A DNA stretch of 64,000 bases, taken from the NCBI GenBank assembly GCA_951406725.2, contig OX597824.1:48050001-48114000 (forward strand). Reading direction: 5' to 3'. Positions 26,672-37,637 of this stretch are shown piece after piece. This stretch comes from Octopus vulgaris. Taxonomy: Eukaryota. The first letter of the stretch is position 1. The number at the start of each line of letters is the position of its first letter. The notes beneath the pieces were generated by a model. It was not told the origin of the DNA. It saw nothing but the letters and a program-made list of their open reading frames with translations, and did no database searches. Position numbers and translations under genes: made by a program.

Positions 26672-28199
26672 CACACACACCATTAAGAAAAAGACATTTT
26701 TGTTTAATCTTCTGAAGACAAGAGAACAGTTGTGCTCCCATGTTTTTGGAGCAGATGGTACCCAATGGGTAACATCAGCACAGCATTGCCCTCGATTACA
26801 GCAGACATACACAAAAAGAGTAGAGAACATTTATTTATGGCCAAGGTAATATATATTAGCTTTGATGAAATTTTACATTTATTTGTGTTAATTGGTGATT
26901 CACTTCGTCTCTTTCAACCATAGTTTTATGCATGTAAGATCATTTAGGTACTCATGTGGTAAAATAATTCTTGGTGTTCATTAATCAGTATCACCACCTA
27001 AGCACGACAAGCCAGTGTGAGCAAAGAATCAGTAACAGTTCTCTTTGCCATCTTATTTTTCAGCAATCTATAAGCATAAGAGCTTGAATAATTGGGTATG
27101 CATAAAACTGAGTGATTCATTGATTTTATACAAATAAATAAACATTACTACATACATATATACTGAATTAGTTGTCATTTACAATTCTGAACAAAACAAG
27201 GTGACATGATTAAATGCACTCATCCCATTTCAAAGTGGATGCTGATAGGAAGAACATCCATCTGAGAGCATTGTCTGGGTTTCCTCTGCTGATGTGTCTA
27301 CCTGATGACAAGAAGCTGTGAAGAATTGTGTGATCCATCCTAAAGAAGGTAGTATGGAGCAAAGACAAGTACAGTGATAGTGATAATATACATTATACAG
27401 AATGCTAGGAATCTATTTCGGGCCTAAATAACTGCAGCTGCATGGTAAGACATTTGCATCCCCATCAAATGGATCTGAGAGCATGACACCTTGAGGTAAG
27501 TGTCTTTTGCTATAGCATCAAGCTGATCAAAATCTTGTGAGTGGATTTGGCAGACAGAAACTGAATGAAGCTTGTATGTGTGTGTGTCATTGTTCCCACC
27601 CAAGGGCCTGGGAACAGGGGGTGCAAGTGCACCCCCTAAAATATTGTTAGAGTACAAAATTCAATATTGTACCCCTTACTTACCTTTCTCAAGCTTAGAA
27701 AATAGTGTTTAAAAATTGACCTGTAAAAAGTTGCTTGAAGTTAGGCTTCTTCACAAAATAGAACAAAGAACTAAAATAAATAAAAAGAACCCTTTTACAC
27801 AGAAGATTCTGTCAGAATTCTGATTGAATCTTCCATGTGTTAGCATGTACCTCCTTGCGACAATGTAAACTTTAATTTAATCAAGATATCTTTGGCTTGA
27901 AGAGTAGCCTGCATTATACACCTCACTTGGATATATGAGGTTTTGCTTGCTATGAAACATATGTAGCCCGGATCTTACCTACTCTATTCCTTAACTCTTG
28001 TATTCTTATTCGCATACCCGGCAACCCTGGTTGTCTGTGAAATCTAAAAATAATTTTTTCCAGCTTATCATACTTCGATACAAAAATCCACAACCTTCTG
28101 CCTCAATAAAGCTCTATTGTTCCTGAAAGGTGTTTTTTAGATTTAGAACGGATCCTTAGATCTTACATTTATATGTATGTGTGTGTGTGTATGTAACAA

Positions 28200-28590
28200 A
28201 AACCATGGCCACTCTCTCAATACTAGCACAATTGATGAAATATTAAACTTCATAATCAAGAGCCCTTCACAGTTCAGCTATTCCTTTCCTTGGAGTCCCA
28301 CAAGTGACTCTTCATCACCATTGTCATCATGTTCTACTGCACCTAACCATACCACAACTAAACAATAGCAACAAAATCAGCATTAGAAGTCACTCTTCAC
28401 TATTAGAAAAATTGATGAACTATTAAACTCCACAATTAAGAGCTATCCACTTCCTTGTCTTCCTGGAATACCACAAGTGGACCATCATCGTGTTCTCCTG
28501 CTATCACCCTTACCACAACTAAACAATAGCAACAAGATCAGCATTGGAAGTCAGTCATCAATACTAGAACAGTTGATGGCCTATTAAAGA
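28200..28590 (+). repeat. Diverged ~165-bp tandem repeat, about 2.5 copies
   Basis: ACCACAACTAAACAATAGCAACAA.ATCAGCATT.GAAGTCA at ~28351 and ~28512; TTGATG....ATTAAA occurs three times. Confidence 0.8.
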
Positions 28591-29529
28591 ACACAGCCCC
28601 AAGCTCTTCTCCACAGTCAAGCCTCTCAAATTCTTCTCAGAATCCATCATCATCATCATCCTAATCTACAGTACTACCAATACCACTGCTACTACTCCAA
28701 TTAGTGAAGAATCATTCCTTTCTTCCCCCACTGTCCACCTCAATCTGAATGTATATCTGACAGCTCCATAAATCTGCCAACTGTAAATAAAATAAAATTT
28801 ATGAGCTCATGAAACCTCAAAATATGCTGCTATTCTCAATGTGAGAGACTATGCATACACAGTGATTGTAACTTCACCCACTCACCTGGAACAAGACGCA
28901 CAACTCACACAAGCAATACCAGCCAATGCCAAACCACACATATTACAATAACAACATCACAATTGCTACTACATGCTAAATCACAATAACTTCTACACAT
29001 GTAACCTGGAATCTTAAAATCTGTTGTTATTCCCAACATAAAAGATTATATCTGATGTGTGACTTCACTCATCTTCCAGGGACTCGTTGAACCAGTAAAA
29101 ACATCCCTTACAGTGGCAGTGTTGGTACAGACTTTCATTGAAACCCAGAAGTCACCCAAATATCTACTGAGTACAATAATAAAATTGATAGCTGCAAACT
29201 GTATAACTATAACCATATTCAACAGTGCAACCATACCAACTCCGGACAACAACCCCTCCCAAAACAAGAAAATTCTCTTATAGAGATGACTCTGGCAAAA
29301 GAAATAAAAAAAAAAACCTATAGCTCTTACACATCACCAACCATTGCTATTATCCCAGTGCACAACCACACCATTGTTGTCATTATCCCAGAATCTCAAT
29401 TCAATAATAATGTCAAATATACAAGGTCTTTCACACTTCACAAATCAAACAAAGCTATCATATCTTAGAGACCTTGCACAGCAAGAGAGACCTTGCACAG
29501 CGAGAGAGACCTTGTACAGCGAGAAAAGA

Positions 29530-30800
29530 CAATATGTATAGCACTAAGTGAAATGCACCTGACCCCAGACATATTGCATGCAGAAGTATGCCTCAAGGAA
29601 TCATTCTAGGACTATTATTATTTATCAACCTATCAGAAATGCACTTATCCAAACTAACGTGTTATGCTGATGATGCAAAAACATCAATGGCTAACCCAAC
29701 TCCAGAAGATACTGTCAAACTTCAAAATGAGCTAAACATCATTTATCAATGGGTGGATTAAAACAATATGAAATTTAATACATCAAAATTTCAGGTTCTT
29801 CATTACAGAGGGAATACACACATCACAATATTTGATGCCATAATGATTCAAAGTGCTAATGACATATGGGACTTAGAAGTAATCATGCCAAATGATGCAT
29901 CTTTCATTAGCCACATCACCAAACTGAACTCTAAATACAGACATCTCGTAGGATGGAGTCTACAAACCATTGTGACAAGAGAACCAGTAGTTAAGGCTAA
30001 TTTTATGGAAAACCTGAGTTCTGAACAGGTTAGATTACTGCTCACAGCTTTGATCTCCTAACACACCCGGTCTCATAGAAGAAACTGAAGAGTTACAAAG
30101 AACATTCACCAGCAAAATACCTTTGGTTAAAAGCCTTAACTACTGGAAATATTTGAAAGCGTTGTCTCTACTCTCTTAAATGCTGAAGAGAGAGATACAC
30201 ACTATCACATAAGTGTGGAAAATCCTGTTCCAAACTTCAGAATTAGAGAGAATTTTAATGCATGAACTGTTAGATACTGTCAACTTCCAAATACACCACC
30301 TTCAAAATCACAAGCAAAAACACTTTATTGTATGAGCCTGATGTTTGGGGGTCCTCAAATGTTCAACTGCCTGTCTAAAGTAATCAGAAATATCAAAGGA
30401 ACCACCAATGAAACATTAAACAAAAAGACATCTAATGATATTAGACTAGTCAGCCATTCAAGGATGCACTCAGAGATAGGTTTCCTGGCACATATTTTGT
30501 CCTCCAAGAAGTTGGATTTACATTTGCCCTGGTCACTGATGCATTGAATTTTGTTCACCAATGTACCATTCTTCTGAAAGCGCTCTGGATAAGCCTTTGT
30601 GATGAGAATGTTCAGCACATTTTTGCTGTTTGAAGACCTGACTCCGTACCATAAAGATGCAACACTGTCTGATAGACTGTGCTGTAATGTATGTACAAAC
30701 TCAATCATAGACCAACTTCAAGTCATAAAGTGACAACAAAGCTGTTAGAAAATAAATTAAAGTGATGCTCCACCATGGTTGCAGTTCTACAAATGAAATC
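29530..30800 (+). mobile_element. Old CR1-group LINE ORF2 relic with 3' tail
   Basis: PQGIILGLLLF, YADDAK, MKFNTSKFQVLHY, LDYCSQL, GPQMFNCL and TNSIIDQ motifs with frameshifts; decayed tail GTGATGCTCCACCATGGTTGCAG. Confidence 0.85.
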
Positions 30801-30939
30801 TCTGAACTACATGGTTCCGGATTGAGTGCCACTGCGTGGCACTTTGGGCAAGTGTCTTCTGCTATAGCTTTGTGTCAACAAAAGCCTTGTCACTGGATTT
30901 GGTAGATGGAAATGAAGCTTATCGTGTGTGTGCGTACAT

Positions 30940-30974
<35 letters not shown>

Positions 30975-31005
30975 CACACACACACACACACATATACATA
31001 TATAC

Positions 31006-31050
<45 letters not shown>

Positions 31051-32996
31051 AGAAAACTTTGTCTAATGACATAATGTAATATGTGTGTATAGTAAATGTT
31101 CAGGTTGGTTTACTACTAAAACTCCAACTTGAACAGTAGCTGAAACAAAGGTGTTGTTTAAGCTGCCTATCAAAGATGGCTATAAGTAGTTCATCATTGA
31201 GCTGGTAGATATATATTAGAAAGAGAGATGGACAAGTAAAACATGTGGTATCACTTTAGAGAATATAATCTATAATTCAATTGTAACTGCAGAGTAATAA
31301 TAAATAAGGGGTTAAGAAATTATATGTAAAGTTTCTTACAGCTGTTTCTAGAAATAACTAAGCATGTGGATATGTCATTGAGCAAAGCTTTGCATGTTAG
31401 CCAACTATTCTGTCTATGGAGAGAAAGAATTCAGGAATATTTTAAATAAACGATATTAGTAGTTACTAGTACATCGAAGAATTAAGAACATACTTAGTGA
31501 AAGATAAAAGTGGTTAGCACTTTCCTGATCAGAGAATTTAGGAAATCCTTAGTAAAAGATAATAACATTTAATAGTTCCATATTTGAAGAATCAAGGAAT
31601 ACTCTTAGTAAAAGACAAAAGAAGCTACTAGTTCCATCTTTGAACAGAAAGTTAATAGATATCATAGGAAACTTCGCAAATCTCATAAGAGAACTTGCTG
31701 AAGAATGTGGTGCAGAAATCAGAAAAGAAGTTGAAGATTCCATGTTTATTGATGTTATATGTGATTGCTCTGGCATGGAAAATGAATCAATTATTGTCAT
31801 TATGTTTCTGAAAACCAGGATGTCCATGAAGATTTTCTCAGCTTTTATAACCCTCCTGGCTACACTTCAGAGACACTGACTAAGGTTATTCCAGATGTTT
31901 TTTGTTGCCCAAACATTTCTCTGAGCTCAAAATCATGCTGCTTTTGCCTTTGGTGGTGCATGCACTATGAGTGGAAACCTTTCAGGCATACAAAAGAGAT
32001 TAAAAGATAGGTTTCCTGGCACATATTTTGTACACTGCAGAAACCACTCTTTGGACCTTGTCCTCCAAGAAGTTGGATTTACATTTGCCCTGGTCACTGC
32101 TACATTGAATTTTGTTCACCAATGTACCATTCTTCTGAAAGGGCTATGGATAAGCCTTTGTGATAAGAATGTTCAGCACACTTTTGCTGTTTGAAGACTT
32201 GACTCCGTACCATAAAGATGCAACACTGTCTGATACACTGTGCTGTAATGTATAAGAACTTGAGCAATGAAAACCCTTTGGACATTCTCTTGGAAAATTT
32301 CATTGCCAAAACGAGCAAGCATAGAAAATTCTTTTAAATGATTTGAAGCATTACTTTTCCATATATAATAATAAAATATCTTACCTATGTTTGTTTTGAT
32401 ATTAAGATTGAAAAAAAAATCAGCCTTGTTTGTAAAAGAATTTGGACCTGAGTTTGCACCTACTAAGCAAATTTCGTTCCCACCACTGCTTAATAACCAG
32501 TGTTGATTTATGTCCTTGTAACTTAGCAATTTGGCAAAAGATACTGATAGAATAAGTACCAGACTTCAAAAAAAAAAAAAAAATTAGTACAGGGGTCAGT
32601 TTGCTTGACTAAACCTGCCAAAGTAGTACCCCAGCATGGCCAAATTCCAATGACTGAAACAAGATATACAAACATACATACATGTAAATATCAGAAAGTA
32701 GTAATATGAAACAGTGTAATGACAGTGCAAATGCTCAGTATTAATTGCAATATTTATGATTAACTCTATGTATGAAATAAGTTTTCTTATGTATGTTTGC
32801 ATGTGTTTAAAATATAACAATGTGGTTTTTGATGTATTATGCATATCAGGGATGTACTCTCTAGATAAGTAGTGTAAGTACACAGACTGTAACTGTACTT
32901 ATTAATTATTAAATAGGATGATGATGAAGAAGAAAACTAATATTTCCCATTCATGATGAAATTAGATATATACAATTTCTGTATGTTTTCGAAGCA

Positions 32997-33072
<76 letters not shown>

Positions 33073-34218
33073 TAAATATTTAACCTTGTAATTTGGTTCC
33101 TTAATGCATTAGTTTTTGTGCCATTCACATACTCTATAAACAATTATGAACTAGTAATTCTTCCATGGACTGAAGATGATGGTCTGATGAAGGTCTAAAC
33201 TGCCCAGAAACTAGAAAAAAAAAAGATCCCTCTTTCTCTATTCAGACAGATAATATCTGTGGTGTGATAACTTTGTTAATTTTTCAGTGACACTAAAATT
33301 GATTGTTAATGCAAACAGAAGTGTATGTATAAATTATTTCAAAAGGCTGTATAGTACAGTTATGCAAATTAGATTTCAGCAACATACCCATGTCCCAGCT
33401 TGAATACACTATAAATAGCTAAAAGCTATTAATTCCAAGTGCAGTGTGGAGATGTTTGTTTACTCACCTTTTCCCATGTCTCTTCAACATGTTATAAATC
33501 TTTCATAGATTGTCAGTAGTCATAAAAGTCTTAATAGTAGCCTATGCTGGAAGAGCCAGGCTTTGAACTCTCTTACTAAGTCTAATCCCTTTATCTTCTT
33601 CAACCATTCATCTAATTGGCTCTCTGACATGGATGCACTATTTCTGTTAATAGAAAAAGCATCATACTACTTATCTAGGCATTTTCTTTTGTTTTCCTCA
33701 GTTGATGATATAACATCTCCCAGAACATGAAAGTAAAATCTTGCAGGTCATTTTCAAATTTCTTGAATTCCTTGGTTTCAACTTCATTTTGGCTCATGCT
33801 GTCATACCACAGAACTTTTCATTTGTGGTTGGCAGGTACCACAATAAATTATTGGCATTTGGATTTCTTCACTGTAGCTGTTAGCAGTAGATTTGGTTCC
33901 ATGATGAATAAGATGAGGGAGTTGGTACTGCTCACTATTTCATCTCATCATTAAATGTCCATGTTCTATGTAGATATGGGTTGGTTGGGTGGTTTGACAA
34001 GATTTGATGAGGCCAAGAGCTGCATTGTCATTGAATGTCTGCTTTGGCATCATTTTTATAGCTCAATGTCCTTCCTAACATAGACAGAAAAAGTACCAGA
34101 CTTAAAACATAATAGGATCAATTTATTTGACTAAATCCTTCAAGATGGTACCCCAGCATGACTGCAGTCCAATGATTGAAACAAGTAGATATATATGATG
34201 ATATATACACACAGAAGC

Positions 34219-34251
<33 letters not shown>

Positions 34252-34539
34252 TATATGTGTGAAGGCTTGTGGCCTAGTGGTTATGTGTTCATCTCACAAT
34301 TCTAATTTAATACGTTCTATTCCTGTGTAATGAAGAATACATCTGGTTGAGCACATCAGGTATTTATCTGGCCTTTGAAAAAAAAGATACCAAAACAATA
34401 GAGAGCATGTTTAGGTCCCCTTTAGAGCACATTTAGAATATATATATATATTTGGTTCTTGCCAATCAACTTCTGTTCCTCTCCAAAGATGGATTTACTT
34501 TAATGATACTGAAGGTGTTTCTGAAGAGATGGTATACTT

Positions 34540-35180
34540 CACAGATCTTTTTCATAATCCATCTACAATCAATGAGAAAGTCATAGAAAACCTATCACAG
34601 CACAATTTTATTGAAGAAATGGATAATATCTAGTATAGAGGAAGTCAAAATTACCATTAACTTTTTTGATATAAACCACCTAAGACTGTCCCGGGTTCTA
34701 TATGATACAAACTGTTTTTAAGTGGCCTAAATTAAAATCTTACATCAAAATTTCGTGTTAATTCAGGTTTCAAACACCAATTTAATGATGACAAAGCTAT
34801 TTTACTAAACTGAAACTAAGGCAGTATATTTTAACAGAAATATAACAACAAAAGAGCTAAACAAATTAAGAAGAACCCCCACTAGGAGCTGATGGTGTAA
34901 CAGCACATGTCATTAAGCATGTAAGGGTTGCAGTGATTGATGTTGTAACTATATCAGTTATCAATGAATGGAATAGCTCAACAGTTCCATGCGATTAGAG
35001 TGTTGCAATAGTAATTTCACTATAAGGAATAGGTACCAAGTTTAACTGTAAGTTTCATAGTGTATCTGTACTTGTCAAGTGTTGGTAAGATATTTGTCAA
35101 ACTTTTAAATTGGCTGCAGTCATACATAAACTGCCCTATTGTCCCAGAGTTTCAATATAGATTCAGATCAAGTGGAAGTA
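34540..35180 (+). mobile_element. Highly degenerate RTE-type RT N-terminal relic, interrupted by a MITE
   Basis: GADGVTAHVIK, WNSSTVP.D, VGKIF and PEFQYRFR resemble RTE GPDGI.AE..K / W....VP.DW / GKIF / PE.QCGFR. Confidence 0.6.
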
Positions 35181-36800
35181 GAACTATACAAAACTCATTG
35201 AGTTTGCTATTTCCATAGTGAAAGTAACCCATAGGTTCTATCAAAGTCAGTAGTTCTCTAGATTCACTCTTTCTTTAACCACCCTGCTACCACTTTCTCC
35301 TTCTGGCATAAATTATACCCTTTAGATAGCATAACGTATTAACTTTCAGTAAACACATCTGGAAGAGTCTACACAGTCTTCAGCTGATGGTTGCTCAAAT
35401 AGCTTCTGGTGCTTCTAAAGCTTGAATTCTCTGTTACACCTGAGAAGCCATTACACATTTAAAACAACCAATACATACAAAATACAGTAGTAATTTCCAT
35501 CTGATTTTTGGTATTCCACATATGGCTAAAAGCTTTCATCAGCTACTTCCCTGTGGCTGATGAAAGTTTTCTTACTTAAGCAGGAAGCAAAATTTGGTTG
35601 TTTTCTTTCAAGTTTTATCTTGTAAATTTGTTGTGCAATCCTTCAATAGAATCTGGAATTAAAATCAAATCATTAGAATACATGTCTTCATGAGTATACA
35701 GACCTGAACTTATGATTGCTTCTGGTATTATAATGAAAATAAGAGGATTTGTATACCCAACAGTATACTAAATCAATGATTGGCTCATCTACCAACTTTG
35801 ATTATAGTTTTTGTAGTAGCTACTTGCAAAACCTGAACTAGTTTCACCAAGCTTGTCTTTTATCAACATATTGCAGAAGAATGATTGAAATAAATGCAAG
35901 ATAGAGATTTTTGTTGTTTTTGCATTATCCCTGGAAACATACAATTCATTGGTGGCTATTTAAGTTACCTTGTACTAGTTTCCCAGTGGTTGTATTTCAA
36001 CCAACTACATTGCATAATCCAACAATTAACAAGTACATTATTATGGCAACCATCAAGAATGAGATTTTCTTGCAGTCATTTTGTATGTTATATGACACCA
36101 GCCTGAAATATTGCTTTTGATATCTCAGCAATCATTTCTGAAAAAGACAATACTTTTCTTAGTTCATATTTATTGTCTTTTTCTTTATGAAACTCTACAG
36201 CTGCCCCCTCTGTTCACACCAGTTAATCAAGCTCTTCATAGCACATTATTTATTTTATCTTAAACTACATTTTATGGTAACAATTCTGCTCTCTTTCTCT
36301 ATCAGCAATGGAAGAATGTGCACAAAAAAACTTTTCAAATACACAATGCCTTAACTTTTAAATTCCTGTAGTGCTTTCTATAAATCTTCCAATCCTGAGA
36401 AACTAGAGATTTTAATGAAATACAATTAGTAGAAAAAAAAATCATGAAAATATAACCATTGAGTGAATTTGGATGAAACTTAATAAAGGATATAATGATG
36501 GTTAATGTATATTTTGAGTATGGTTTTTGCCCCTTGAATTTTACCAGTTGTCATGTCACATTATTCCATGTAGGTTATGTGTTTCACATCTATTTACAAG
36601 ACATAAATTCCTGTTCATTGATTTCCTGACTCAGAGTTGAATATGTACTCTAGTAAGTCTCTGTCACAGCACCCATTTGGAAAAGAATTCTGAGATATAC
36701 TTTCATCTTCATTCAAAGGTTTTTGTAAGGCCCATTACTAACAAATTAGTGTTATTTAATCTTATTACAATAATTACTCTCCCCTCAAACCCAGAGATTA

Positions 36801-37191
36801 CTCTTTACTCTTTTACTTGTTTCAGTCATTTGACTGCGGCCATGCTGGAGCACCACTTTTAATCGAGCAACTCGACCCCGGGGCTTATTCTTTGTAAGCC
36901 CAGTACTTATTCTATCGGTCTCTTTTGCCAAACCGCTAAGTGACGGGGACATAAACACACCAGCATCGGTTGTCAAGCAATGCTAGGGGGACAAACACAG
37001 ACACACAAACACACACGCACATATATATATATATACGACGGGCTTCTTTCAGTTTCCGTCTACCAAATCCACTCACAAGGCTTTGGTCCGCCCGAGGCTA
37101 TAGTAGAAGACACTTGCCCAAGGTGCCACGCAGTGGGACTGAACCCGGAACCATGTTGTTGGTAAGCAAGCTACTTACCACACAGCCACTC
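36801..37191 (-). mobile_element. Young family-A SINE
   Basis: CpG-rich reverse copy of the 13742-14230 element with intact A/B boxes and tail. Confidence 0.93.
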
Positions 37192-37637
37192 CACAGATCG
37201 AGGAGTCCCAGTCGACTGCGAGTACGTGACATGTCGTTGTCGCCGCGCCCGCGACGCTTCCAAGCATCGTTCCTAGGTCAGGTCCGCGCGCGTCGTCGTG
37301 TTCCCGCACCGACTCAGGTGTAGCAGGTGGCCGGGGACCCAAAAGACAGCGATCCACACCCGGTTGGGATGAAGCCAGAGGAAACTCTGGTGGAAGTCCG
37401 AAGCACCTCTGATGTGCAAATCGATTGTCCAGAACCAGGTGTAGGGGCGAAAGATCAATCGAGCCGTCTAGTAGCTGGTTCCCTCCAAAGTTTCCCTCAG
37501 GATAGCTGGCACCAGCGGGAGAACGACATGCAATTCCGTCTGGTAAAGCGAACGACTGGAGGCCCCGGGGACCTTGGCACCCTCGATCTACTTTTGAACT
37601 CGGAACGGGTGAAACGGGCTGCTCCTCTCCCCAGAGA
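37192..37637 (+). pseudogene. Dispersed 28S rRNA fragment (D3 expansion segment plus downstream conserved core)
   Basis: Conserved LSU blocks GAAGCCAGAGGAAACTCTGGTGGA, GTGCAAATCG, TAGGGGCGAAAGA, TCTAGTAGCTGGTTCCCTCC.AAGTTTCCCTCAGGATAGCTGG and GGTAAAGCGAA. Only ~450 bp, with no other rDNA around it. Confidence 0.93.

Larger units (their letters stand above)
27601..32482 (+). mobile_element. Degenerate hAT transposon with nested insertions, splitting a family-A SINE
   Basis: Transposase relic MSGNLSGIQKRLK...YFVHCRNHSLDLVLQE (CxxH motif) at 31967-32100. GTTCCCACC repeated at 27592-27600 and 32476-32484. SINE 5' half at 27450-27600, 3' half at 32485-32665. Confidence 0.75.

Noticed and set aside
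29468-29530. Three 19-bp direct repeats, superficially CRISPR-like
   Set aside because: Head-to-tail minisatellite with no spacers, in a eukaryotic context with no cas genes.
35400-36330. Complex-looking sequence that might be a decayed TE or viral ORF
   Set aside because: No recognisable motif in any frame by eye; needs tBLASTx or an HMM search.
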